Shown: positions 41,397 through 53,964 of the stretch, in pieces
How the letters are laid out: every line of letters starts with the position of its first letter
Position numbering within the stretch: the first letter of the stretch is position 1
NCBI GenBank assembly: GCA_021613535.1
Contig: CP075494.1
Coordinates: forward strand, 13,888,001-13,952,000
Direction of reading: 5' to 3'
Length of the DNA: 64,000 bases
Source of the DNA: Adineta vaga
Lineage: Eukaryota > Animalia > Rotifera
The notes under the pieces: model-generated
Seen by the model: the letters and a program-made list of their open reading frames with translations, nothing else
What the model was told of the DNA's origin: nothing
Database searches by the model: none
Made by a program: the position numbers and the translations under genes

Positions 41397-44300
41397 ATGT
41401 CAACAAATGAACAAATACCTGCACTGGTAACTCAACTTAGAGAACGTCGAGCAGTTACATTTCAAGATAGAATCAAAACATTAGATATTCGTGATGATAT
41501 CTGGCGAAAATGTAATATTTTTGTTTCAATTCTCATATATTTTTGAACGATCAATTCTTTAGACATTGAACTTAATAAAAATTCGACGATTGATGCAATT
41601 GCTACTCAACGAACTGGCCTATGTCCAGATATGTGTTGTGAACGAGAACGACTTACTCGAGAACTTCAACGACTTTACAATACATCATATGAATACGATT
41701 CAGATACGCGAGCAGTAGGTTTTCAATGACATTATTTATTCGAATTTCGAATCTTATTTTCTAGTTAAATCATTCATTAATGGTTACTCAATATTCTCGA
41801 GCATCAGCTGATCAAGTTTGTTGATATTTCTTCGTTTTCATTATTTGTATTTAATACTATCATAGGCTATGCCAACGGCATATGATCTTCGATCAGGTCC
41901 AGTTTTATTACATACAATGAATTATTTAATAACAAATATTATGGATAAATTTGATCAAGAACGTGATCAAAGTGATTGGTATAATTTTTTATGGGATCGT
42001 CTACGAGCTATTCGAAAAGTAAGATAAATGAAGAATGATTTAGTTTTTTTCTTTTATACGAAAACGATCTTTTCTCTTTGATAATTTTAGGAAATAACTC
42101 AACAACATTTACGTGATGAAATTGCCGTGGAAGTTCTTGAACAATGTGCACGTTTTCATATATTTTGTTCAGCATTTTTATCTGAATATTCACGTGATGC
42201 ATTTGATCCGAATTTAAATGATAAAGTATTAATCGATTGTCTCAATCAATTACGTGAATGTTATTTACTACATAAACAACAAAATAATCAGCAGGCATTA
42301 AAGAATATTGCAGAATTCTCTTCTTATATGTTATTAATCAATTTAAAAGATGATAATGAAACATTATTGTAAGATTTGGTTTGTTATTCATGTCTTACGA
42401 TAGTTCAAACTTTCTTTTTAGACGTATTCGTCGTTTGATACAAGATATAACTCATACATCAGAAATTAATGTTGCATTAGATATTCAACGATCATTATTA
42501 TTAAATAATACAACGAAATTCTTTTCTTTAATTAAACATAATGCAACTTTATTACAATCTTGTTTACTTCATCGATATTTTCATATAATACGTTTCAAAC
42601 GATTACATTCATTGATTGTATCGGCACGTTCTAATCATGAAGTTCCTTTATCCGATGTAACGGATATCTTAGGAATGGAAAATGATGATGAAACAAAAGA
42701 TTATCTCGAACAACTTGGATATTCTGTAACAAATACGACATCATTATGTTTTGTAACTCCAAGTGATAATCAAAGTCCACAAGAGCAACAACAACCGATT
42801 ATAAAATTATCACAAAAATTGATTAAATCAAAATATGAAGGAAATTTAAAAGATGTAAGTTTAAAAACACGATATGTAATGATACTAAAATGAATTATTT
42901 GTTACCAACAGATTATTACCGGCATTCCTGATACTCCAGTTGTTATTCCTGATACACATATAGAAGATAGTTTTGATTTACAAGGTTATTTTATTGGAAA
43001 AATACCGTTTGGTCTTGATTCATCAAGTAAATTGATTCTCGTATAGTAACAACTCATCTTTCTAATTTAAAATTGTAGCTGCAATGCCTGTGCGGAGACT
43101 ACTGCAGCCACAACCACCACCATCAACAACAACAACAATAGAATCTCAACAATTACAATCGAGATTAGCACCACAGATACCGATCAGACGGCCACCTTCG
43201 GAGAGTGCTATTCGATCATTAGCATCGACAACAACAGCAAATACTTTTGTAATTGAAAATGATTCTTTTTCTTGAGATATTTAACAACAAAAAATGGTTA
43301 TTTTTCTCTAGGGTGTAAGATCACGCATTACTCCTTCAACGAATATTTTCGTTACTGCTACGTCAACAACAACAACAGCATCAGTAGCACCATCACCCTT
43401 TCGTTTTGGAGGATTTGGTTCAAATTCAACACTTGTTTCACGTGGAAGGTATTATCAATGGTCTCCTGATTCTTTTATAATTAAACTTCCTATTTTTTTT
43501 ATAGTGCTCCTAATCTTTTTACTCAATCAAATCTACCAACACGATTATTTGATCCATCACCTCAAATATCATCTGCAAGTTCGTCGACATTTCCTTCTCC
43601 AAATCAACCAACAAAAGTTATTCAACATTTACCATCACCTTTTGAACCAGTTCTCGCTCCAACTCAACCTCCAAAATCACCATTACAAAGACAAGAACCA
43701 ACCAGACAATCACCAGTACTTGCTCCTCCTATTTCACGTCGGCTATCAACAAACTCTCTGGATGTATTTGCTGATGAACTCTATGAACAAATAATTAATC
43801 CATTCATTCAAGAAACGACATGCAATATTTTTGAGTAAGTCAAACAATAGATTTCTAACATTGCTACGAACTGTTTCGATCATTTTCAGTGAATTAATTT
43901 CTCAATGGAATAATTTAACCAGTCAAACAGTAACAATTTTTAATGAACTTCTTGTTGATGAAATATCTTCGATTGTAACGGAATATTACAATGATTTTGA
44001 ACTTCAACAACGAATGTATAATGATACGATCAATGAATTGAATGAACGAAGACGAAAGAAATATTTAACAAGAAAATATTTTTTCATTTGGTTTGAAAAT
44101 TCTCTTCAAGCAAGAGAAGAACGTTTAATTCTTCAAGATTTTCAATTGAAATATCATTTTTTAAATAATGAACAATTACTTGAGTTTTTAACTGGACTTC
44201 AATTGATTAGTGAACATGATTTAACGATTGAACAAGCAACAAATATCTTAAAATCTCGTCGATATTTAAAGAATGCTCATTTACAAACCATCGAACGTCT

Positions 44301-44676
44301 TTCGAATGAATTTCTTAATGAATTTCTCTACGAAGAATTTCAATCGATTGTATTAGAATCAAATCAAGAATTAGAATTACGAAAGAAATTATTATCAAAT
44401 GCTTTTGAAAAACAGGCGAAATTAAAACATGAACATTATCTCGAAATGAAATATTTCTCACTATGGTTTCGTTGTGCTCGTCAACGTCGAAAACATCGTC
44501 AACAACAATATACACTAACGAAAAGCAATAAACGTTTAAATCAATTTCTTCAATTGCGTAGTAACAAAAAATTAAAAGAAAATAATCAACAATATCAAAC
44601 ATTAAAAAGTTCATTTGATCAATTATCAACTGATCTTAATCAAATTCAATTATTTATAGATAAACTAAATTCTTAA
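41397..44676 (+). CDS. SAC3/GANP-domain protein (TREX-2 scaffold, GANP/Xmas-like)
   Basis: GLCPDMCCERER, YSRASADQ...DLRSGPVLLHTMNYL, WYNFLWDRLRAIRKEITQQH, VLEQCARFHIFC, and C-terminal helical region with KYFFIW / KYFSLW repeats. Confidence 0.88.
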
Positions 44677-44801
44677 CTATATCTATGTGTTTGCTTTATG
44701 TAATGTAAAAGTGATGACTTTTTTTTTGTATAGAAAAAAAGAAAGGATCAGAATTTTTTTTTTCGTCTAAGAAGATAAATATGAAATAACAATGTGCCAT
44801 T

Positions 44802-45816
44802 ATGCGATTGTTTAGAGAAATGATGTTTTGGGCAATTTTATTTCAAATTTGTCTTTATTTTGCAATTATTGCATTGGTTGCCTATTGGATATTTCCTTTA
44901 CGTGTGAATATCGAGAAATATTTTCAAAATAAAGTTGTATGGATTACAGGTAAGTCTAAATGTAGTTTTAATTTCTTCTCAGTAAGATTTTCTTTTAGGA
45001 GCATCGTCAGGCATAGGTCGTGAACTTGCTAAACAATTGGCTCAACATTCACCATCAACACGTTTAATTCTATCAGCAAGACGTGAACAAGAATTGCATA
45101 ATCTTGCTAAAGAATTAGATCTTGATTTTGATCATTGTCTAGTTTTACCAATGGATCTTGAATTACAATATGATTGCTTTAAATCAAAAGTTGATCTTGT
45201 TCTCGAACGATTTGGTCAAATTGATGTAATAATTAATAATGCGGGAATATCACAACGAAGTTCTATTCAAGATACAGTCTATAATGTCGATTCAAGATTA
45301 ATGAATATTAATTATTTAGGTACAATTACATTGAGTAAAACAATTCTACAGGTAATAGATAATTGAACTTTCTTTGTATTAATCAAGTTTGTTTTTAAGC
45401 ATTTTATTGAACGTCAAACAGGACATTTTGTTGTTGTTACATCAGCTGCTGGTTATGTTGGTTCTGCATTACGTTCATCTTATGCTGCTTCTAAACATGC
45501 TTTACATGGCTTTTTCGATTCACTTCGATTAGAACATGCTCATGATCATATTGATGTTACCATCGTTTGTCCAGGTTTTGTTCGAACAGCTATCTCCCAT
45601 AATGCTTTTAATGGTTCTGGATTAATCTATGGAAAAATGGATCCAAAAACTGAAAAAGGAACTGATCCATCAACATGTGCATATGATATACTTCGTGGTA
45701 TTGCCAATCGTGAACATGAAGTTTATGTCGGACATTTAGCAACTCCTCTTATTTATCTTCGTCGCTTTTTTCCTCGAATACTTCATTATATTCTTCTACG
45801 TGTGAAATCTACTTGA
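44802..45816 (+). CDS. Short-chain dehydrogenase/reductase, DHRS7/7B-like; 3 exons
   Basis: N-terminal TM, KVVWITGASSGIGRELA, IDVIINNAGISQRS, RSSYAASKHALHGFFDSLRLE, VCPGFVRT. Confidence 0.92.
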
Positions 45817-45879
45817 AATGAGAAAGAAAAGGAATAATAGATTAAATGTTGAATTAGATACTTTTTTGTAGATTAAATC

Positions 45880-48127
45880 ATGACAGAAACTCTACCGATC
45901 GATTCATTAATGGTTGATCGATGGACAAATCAATGGATGAAACAACTTGGTTTTAATAATGAACAATTAGTGAAACGTAGCCATAAAGTTGAACAATTTT
46001 CACGCGTCAGTATGATTTGAACCTATTGAAAAATTGATAAAATATTTTATGATTTTCTTAGATGGTATTAGAACGAATACAAACGAAAAAACTAACAGAT
46101 ATTGCACAACGTGAACAATTATTACTTGAAACTTTACGTGAATATGAACATAGATTAGGTCGAACAGGATTTGACAATGATATTAGTGTAAGTCAAATTT
46201 TGTTTTGAAGTTTCAATTGATTTGTTTTTTCTTTTCAAAGGAAGACTTTGAAACAATGAAATTAAAACAAAAAGAAATCTTAATTGAAAAGAAACATCAA
46301 GAATTAGATCTAAAAGAAGAAAAATTTATTAAAGAACTGGATCATTTATCTCAAATAGAACGTTCTCTATGTGAAATTCTCACAGCTGTACATATAGAAA
46401 TTATTCCAGGTGAATAAAAATGATCTTTCTTTTAGAAAAAATCGAATTCTTTTTTCTAGATGAAACACTAGTCAAACGTATTGAACGTTTACGAGATTAT
46501 TTAAATACATTGGAGAATCTTAAAGTTTGTTTATATGAATAAAAACTATTTCGAAATCATTTTATCTTTTTTTTAACTAGAATGAACGAATGACAACATT
46601 GAAATCATATCGAACTCGATTGAATAATTTATGTGCACAACTTGATCATAAGCCAAATGATGAATCACCTGCATGCCAATTACTTAACGAACAATATGAA
46701 TCTTGTTTAACAACAGATTCTCTCGGCCAGATTGAAACTCTACTGAATGAAGTATGAAGAAGAAGATATTATTTGACTAACCGTTTAATTGTTCTTCTGT
46801 TTTTTTTTCAATTGAAGCTTCATATAAAATGTGAAGAACAAGGAAAATATATTGAAACACTTATTGGAACATTAGAAAAATTGTATACGAAACTTGCCAA
46901 AGATGATGCATCACCACCAAAACGTTCGGCAGCATATATTTTACGACATAATACTGCAGAAACAGTGAAACAAGTATGATGAAAGAAACAATTACTTTAT
47001 CAAACAAAATCGCTACTATTTATTCATTACTTTGATAATTCTAGTTAGAAAAAGAAGTTGCCGATTTACAAGCAAAACGTATGGCAACTAGTCAAGCGTA
47101 TTGTGAAAGTATGCGAAAAAAGATCGAAGATCTCTATAATCGATGTCAACTCAGTGTTTCTGAACAACATGCAATTGATTATGGTAAATTCAATATCACT
47201 TCGTTCTCTTTATTGCAATCTTGACTTTTTAGAAAATATTACACCGGAAACACTTGATGAATGTGATCGGGAATACGATCGATTGGATGATATGTGTCGT
47301 GCTCGACAACCTGTTATTGATGCATATGAACAATGGAAATTGCTTGTTCAACAACATGCTGAATTTCAAGTAAATATATTTCATGGAAGTCGCACTTTTA
47401 TAACGGTTTATTCTGATATATAGAAAAAATCGACTTCAGCAGCACGTTTTCATGAACGTGGCTATTCTGCAGTTAAAGAACAAGCTGAACGTAAACGATT
47501 TGCTATTGCTTTACCAAAAGCGGAACGAGTTTGCTTGAATACTCTTGAACAATGGGAAAAAGATCATCTGAATGAACAATTTTTAATTAATGATAATCCA
47601 TTACGTCAAATGCTTGATCAACAACATAATGGAACATCAAATACGACGACGACGACAACAACAACAACAACAATGACGAAGACAGTAATATTTCTAAACA
47701 AAAATTGGACCATTTTTAAACAGAATCTTTTCAGGTATCGACATCTTCAATCAGTTCAATGGCTCCCCCTCAACGTACAGTATCGAAAACGAATGCTCGA
47801 AAAAAATCACTTCGTAATCTTGTTAAGCAACCAATCGAAGTAGAAATCACAAAAAGTCATTATGAAGAAGCTGATGAAGATACACTAGATTTTACTCAAT
47901 TAGAAAATATTAAACATATCAATGGATTACCACGAGTAAGATCGATCTAGAAAATCTTTTCGAAATAAATTCTGTCGTAATTTTTAAATTAGATTGTTAC
48001 ATCAACACCAAAAACAGGAAAGAATACTCACCATCATAATGATCATACTATTGTAGATATGGGTCGTAATAAAACGAATGATCCTATACAAAAACGTCGT
48101 CCGTCGAAACGAGTAGTATGTTATTGA
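45880..48127 (+). CDS. PRC1: Protein regulator of cytokinesis 1 (MAP65/Ase1 family); multi-exon
   Basis: Coiled-coil exons, then LEKEVADLQAKR...MRKKIEDLYNRC and ARFHERGYSAVKEQAERKRFAIALPKAERVCLNTLEQWEKDH..QFLIND, matching the MAP65/Ase1 conserved block. Basic tail with VTSTP. Confidence 0.8.
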
Positions 48128-48571
48128 CAATGCTCCATTTAGAAAATGACATTTTACTTCTTTAGATACCAAGTCGTCGATAAGTGTATACATTGAAAAT
48201 TAGTCTACTGGTTTTGATTTCATTTATGAATATACATATTTCTTTTTGGTACAATTTTGTCAGATTTGTTGATATTATTATATAAATAAATAAAACGTTA
48301 AATATTTGTTCATATTCCTATCTACATCAATGAATGTTTATTTCAAATCAAATCAAATTTTTTTGTTTTTGTTCGATGCATTTTCATTTTGTAATGTCGA
48401 GCATTACATGTTCATACGAGAAGTTAAACACAATATACAAGAAAGAACCTAGAAAGAGTTTAGAAAGATAATGAAACGGAGCACAGTACTTAGTTCACAA
48501 GAAAATCTACACTGATCTGTACAGAACCGGAAAGTGAATGTAGAAAGTTCTTTATTATTAAACCATTTGAA

Positions 48572-49530
48572 TTAGTCCATAACTCTAAAAAGAAGAAGAT
48601 AAATAACAAATTGATTTTTCTATGAAAGATCTTACTCATCGAATGTAATATAATTATTCACATTTAATGATTCATCTGCTTCATTATCTTCATCGTTTGA
48701 TGTTGTTTTACAATCAGCTCGACAAGTAACAAACAGAATACGACGAAGTCTTCGATTATGGAAAAAGAAATTAAATGACCAAATAATACCACTTTCAGAA
48801 AATGGATCAGATGTTCCATCAGGACGATAACTATAATTCGAAAAATCATATTTATCTTTTCTTTCTTTATACTGATATTACCTGAATATTTCACTTTCTT
48901 TCAAATTGATTTCTTCATCGATTACTGACCACAATTGTGGTGATAATAATCGATAATTATCACCCATAGTCGATAGTAATCGGGAATCAACTGCATTTTT
49001 TACAACCTAAAAAAGAGAATTATTACGCAAGAACTAAGCAGGAAAAAACCATATACCTGTAAATTCATTTCGCGACTAAAATCCTGACTAGTACATGAAC
49101 TAAATTCATAATCTGGTTCAAACGATGCATTCAATGTTGATATAAGAAAAATCAATGTTTTGCGTGGAATTGTTTTATAAAGTGGTGATTCATCATCACT
49201 TGATATTGATCGAGCAATGGGATTTTGATGTGATACTGGTGGTGGAGAATTTAATATCGTATGATTATAAACTGGTGATTGAGTTTGAGATGGGCCAAGA
49301 ACTTCTAAATCGCGTGGTGATGTTCCTGGTTCATTTCGTAATTGTTTATACAATTTCTTTGGATCGCCTGCCATTTTACATGAATAACTTTCCACTCTAA
49401 TTGAATCGAAAATAGATAGATTTGAAAATAGAATTCTATGTACTTACCGAGTAGTTATATCACATACTGGTGTTTCGATCGATAATGTCGAACTAATAGC
49501 ATCGAGATTAGCATTTTCCAACAATTTCAT
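48572..49530 (-). CDS. MAF1: RNA polymerase III repressor MAF1
   Basis: [12 protein letters not shown]...[91 protein letters not shown]. Confidence 0.95.
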
Positions 49531-49674
49531 GTTTTCGTTTTGAAGTGTTTGAATGAAAAGAAGATCTGTAATGAATGAAAGTATACAAGAATGACAAGGA
49601 TGATTTATAGTTTATTGTTTATTTGTTTTTCTAGAATGCGTGTTGTTGTTTTATTTGACAGTTGACATGATCTA

Positions 49675-49690
49675 CAGTGCCATCTACAGG
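49675..49690 (-). promoter_or_regulatory. CTCF-like motif CCTGTAGATGGCACTG upstream of MAF1
   Basis: Same core, about 145 bp before the ATG at 49530. Confidence 0.45.
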
Positions 49691-50106
49691 ATAACATCAT
49701 ATTATTATTTGAATAATTTTCTGCTAGCTAGCTAGATAAACATAGATAGTAGCAAAAGACGAGTAGCTGTCTAATTCGACTTCGAATATAAATGATGATT
49801 TTCAAAAAGCGCTCCTAGTCATTATTTTTGATGGATAAATTTTTAGACTTTGTTACTCATAAGTATAATTTGTAAGCAGAACCATATATGTGCATAATTT
49901 TGAATTCTAATGAATGGTAATCAAAATAAAACTATTCCTATTCTTACAGGAAAACATTTTGTGTCAAGTATAATCGCATATAGATAAAAGAAAATCTATT
50001 CCTATTCCATGGAAAAACTGTAGCCCAAATTTCGTGATTTATTTTCGAAGTGAAATCAAATAGCTGAATGTGCATTTATATTCGAATTCGGATTAGGCAG
50101 CTCATA

Positions 50107-50325
50107 CCATATACACTTTCAATGGCAAATGCAGGACCAAATACAAATGAAAGTCAATTTTCCATTATACTTGTTCCATGTCCATGATTAGATAGCAAAC
50201 ATACAATTTGTGGAAGAATTTCCAAAGAAATGGATGTTGTTGAGAAAATTTTTCATACAAAAACAAATAAACAAAATAAATCTTTTTCAGATGAAATTAA
50301 ACTTATGTCTATTTCTATTAAATAA
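50107..50325 (+). pseudogene. Cyclophilin-domain pseudogene fragment (PPWD1-like C terminus)
   Basis: [47 protein letters not shown]...IKLMSISIK*. The conserved Trp is TGA and conserved Gly/Phe positions are mutated. Upstream sequence is decayed. Confidence 0.8.
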
Positions 50326-50726
50326 ATAGACATTGTCAACAATTGAATTGATATAATGAATTTGTATAATAATCAAGTATTACTAATATAATCTTGAGCC
50401 ACATGATGATCATACATTGTCCGTATTTGATTTACAGATTTTTTTCTAATATTTAACTGATGAAATCTACCGGACATGATGGTCTCAATATCTCCTAATA
50501 CAATAGCGATAGACAATCACTCATGAATGTTTCATAAACCTTTTTGTCTTAAGACCAATTCATGAAATCATCATAACATATGAATAAATGAAAAGGGAAT
50601 ACAAAATGAACATTCTATCATGTAGTATAAGTACATATCAATATAACATTTGAAACGCAGCGTCATCTCTTCATTTGTTGTCCTTCGAGAAGGCTATATA
50701 TATATATATTTTTTAATTTTACTGTG

Positions 50727-51929
50727 ATGCCGATTTCTGGTATGTAGAGTCGAGTAAATGTATTTTATCTCAATCTATTTTCTTTCCAAAATGTTAACCA
50801 CATTATCTGATCAAACTAATTATGAACGAACAAATAATAAAAAATGTATTCCAAACGATGTAATCGTGTTCAAAGACGAAAATTGTATGTTCATTAGTGA
50901 AGTTTTTGTTATGATTTTGATTCATCTGTCTTGCTTTAGATGTATTCAAAATTGGAAAAATTAATAAAACAATTAACGATGATCGTCATGAAGTAATGAT
51001 TTTTCATTATAAGTTAGAGAATAAAATGGAAATAATTATGGACGAAAATGTTTTATTACGTTTTGGCAATATAGGAAGTAAAAAGATATTCGATTTGGAT
51101 AAAAAACAACAAGAACAACTATTGAATAAACTAAATCAAATAAGTATATTATCACATATTACCGTTGACGAAAAGGATTGTCATGTCTATTTAGATTATG
51201 AAACTGGTCCATCGCTTCCGGTTTTTTCTAATTTGAACGACAAAGATGATGTAAGTTTGTTTTTCCTCAATTTTTTGCTCTTCATATACCTTCAATGAAT
51301 ATGATCTAAAACAGACTAGTCGAATTGAAACGGAATGAACAAAATATGATTGGCCTTTATACATAATAACGTCAGTCCCATTTGCTAATTCCGTTTTATT
51401 TCGTCTGATTTGTTTTACCCATTTAGAACATATAAAAATTGCGAAACAAATGAATTCATTCATATATTTAGACAATATGAAACTTAGCGTCTAAGATTGA
51501 TCGTATTTTAACGAAGTTGTTAGCAATGGATACATGTTCACAAGTACTTTATGGAATCATGAGTGAAAACACAATCGATTTTAATGAAATGTTTAATAAA
51601 ATTATGAATGATATTGATCAAATCAATTGTGAAGAAAAGTTTATATGTATGTCTAAATTCATCGTTGAATATTCTATGAATAAAAAAAGTTTATCTCATG
51701 TTGAACAAATGGTGTTAAATTTGAATAATAATTTCAATTCGTCAAAGAAAAAATTTTTCATGATGGTGATGCGAGATATTGGTAAGAGATTAGGTTTTTG
51801 TTCTTTATACCAAAAAATCTTGTTCATTTAGGAGAAGCCATTTCAAATAATAATGATATAGCCACAGATCTGAAATTTGTACAACAATATGCAAAATTAA
51901 GCGGACACGTATTCTCAACTATGATTTAA
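50727..51929 (+). pseudogene. Unknown multi-exon gene, possibly disrupted
   Basis: ATGCCGATTTCTG|gtatgt...tttag splices in frame into ORF 50996-51298. The join to ORF 51517-51831 needs a weak acceptor or a frameshift. No family recognised. Confidence 0.35.
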
Positions 51930-52008
51930 ATTGTATCTATAGGTTTACTGTACACTTTTTGTAAAAAAAATGACACATTTCTTCATTTTCGTATCGGATA
52001 TTGAACTA

Positions 52009-52627
52009 ACGAGGGAACCCCCCGAAGCGATTAACGAGTTTAAAGCTCATCTTTTGGCCATAAGTAGACCTCGATGGCGTATGAAAAACCTCCAGAGGAT
52101 TTGGGCCCTTAGGTCTTTTCTGCAGAGTTATACCCATTTTAGTAGAATTTTAGCCTGTAGGTCGATATGTATCAACAAATCGAATCACATTATTTAGAGC
52201 TGAAATTTCGCCCACAGATAGCTATACATGTGGCTAGAATACGCTAAAAATTTCGACTAAAAAAATTGTTCCTTTTGCGAGATATTAAATTATCAGAAAT
52301 ACACGAGATTTGGGCGCCCTTCATGGCATACGAGGTAATTTTCAGAGTTAAATATCTTGTGAAGAGAACGATTGTTTTAGTCGAAATTTTTAGCGTATTT
52401 TAGTCACAAGTATAGCTATCTGTGGGCGAAATTTCAGCTCTAAATAATGTGATTCAATTTGTTGATACATATCGACCTACAGGCTGAAATTCTACTAAAA
52501 TGGGTATAACTCTGCAGAAAAGACCTAAGGACCAAATCCTCTGGAGGTTTTTCATACGCCATCGAGGTCTACTTATGGCCAAAAGATGAGCTTTAAACTC
52601 GTTAATCACTTCGGGGGGTTCCCTCGT
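52009..52627. mobile_element. Foldback MITE, 619 bp, about 280-bp terminal inverted arms, TA target duplication (Tc1/mariner-like)
   Basis: TA|ACGAGGGAACCCCCCGAAG...CTTCGGGGGGTTCCCTCGT|TA. Arm 52009-~52290 is the near-exact reverse complement of ~52345-52627. No transposase. Confidence 0.92.
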
Positions 52628-53297
52628 TAGTTCTCATTCCTGAGAAAGAAAAGATCGTTTAGTCCAAAAGATATATAAAGATGTCCATCCATTTACTATG
52701 ATGATGGTTTCGGTCAGATATGGGCAAGTCAAAAGTCATTTGACTCGGCTTAATTTAACTTGATTCGAGGGAAAAAAGGAGTTGACTTGCCATCTTTAGA
52801 GCCAATTCACCCTACAAGTTTATTTTATTATTCTTAATTTAAAACTTTTGATAATTTTACGCCCGAAATTAATACCGAAGTGCATGAAACACTTGTATAT
52901 ATTTATATAGTTTTGAACTTGACTTGTCCATACTTTGTTTCCATAAAATTGCGCAACGTTGTTTATCAATTGATAAGTTCGTGTGTTCTTGGAATTCTTT
53001 TTTACGTATGCGCTTATCATTGTTTTATACTTTGTTGTCAACGTCCATCGAAAAATGAATCTATATATGACTCAATATATAACGGATCACAATAGCTTTG
53101 GAGAAAAATTACAAAAATTTTTCTGGTGGTACGATATGAAACTTTTTTAATACCCCCGGTCTCTGGTTTAGACAGATGTTATACCAGCCGTTGAACTTGA
53201 GAATTATTTTCTTTTGTTAAAGTAATAAATATTTATATTAAAGTGAACAAAAAAAGTATTAGTTTTTATTAAAAAAAAGAAATGTCCCTATAAAGTA

Positions 53298-53756
53298 TCA
53301 TTTCTTTTTAATATTGGTTGGGAAATCATATTGTTGCGGTGCTGGTGAAGGTTTATGTTCTCGATGAACAAACCAAGCAGGTGCACCAAATACATGTTTA
53401 GGTTGATTTGGATCTCCCTCCGTTGCAGCTGCTCCTGTTGAACTATGTTCACATAATCCATCCCACCAGATGGGCGTTGGGTAAGGTACTGGTTCTTTAC
53501 TTTTCCGTGTTGATGGATCAATATGTTGAAGTAAATTATGACTAATACCTAATTTACATCGTCGAATATAATCCGTATCGGTATCTCGGACGTACATAAC
53601 TCGTGGTTGATTGGCAGTTGCTTCATCATCGAAAACACCATTGAGATATGGAATTTGTGATGGTGGTGGAGCAGTTACTAATTCTCGATTTCCTTTTTTT
53701 AATGGTGCATGTACAAACCAAACTTCGTCTTCAGGTTTTCGTCGTAAATAAGACAT
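53298..53756 (-). CDS. C7orf57 / DUF5524-like protein
   Basis: WFVHAPLKK...PPPSQIPYL...VRDTDTDYIRRCKLG..NLLQH...PVPYPTPIW...APAWFVHRE parallels the C7orf57 motifs as I recall them (PPASQIPGL, ETDSEYVKLAKQGG). Confidence 0.75.
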   Translation of the reverse strand: MSYLRRKPEDEVWFVHAPLKKGNRELVTAPPPSQIPYLNGVFDDEATANQPRVMYVRDTDTDYIRRCKLGISHNLLQHIDPSTRKSKEPVPYPTPIWWDGLCEHSSTGAAATEGDPNQPKHVFGAPAWFVHREHKPSPAPQQYDFPTNIKKK

Positions 53757-53882
53757 TTTTATACTTTAAAAGAAAAGAACAATCTGCGTTCATTCAAAGT
53801 ATATGAATGTCTAAAATAACTTTTACCATATTTCAAATCGTTTCTCTATCAATAACCTCTAGTGAAAAAAAAACTTCATGTT

Positions 53883-53897
53883 GGTAGATGGCACTAG
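53883..53897 (+). promoter_or_regulatory. CTCF-like motif GGTAGATGGCACTAG between the LRR gene end and the C7orf57-like start
   Basis: Same core, about 130 bp from the ATG at 53756. Confidence 0.4.
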
Positions 53898-53964
53898 ACA
53901 TTTTTCAAGTACTGAATTGAATACTCTTATTATATATGAAAAACAAAACAATACAAAAGACAAT

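Noticed and set aside
51970-52197. 75-aa ORF
   Set aside because: Reads into the MITE arm and has no transposase features.
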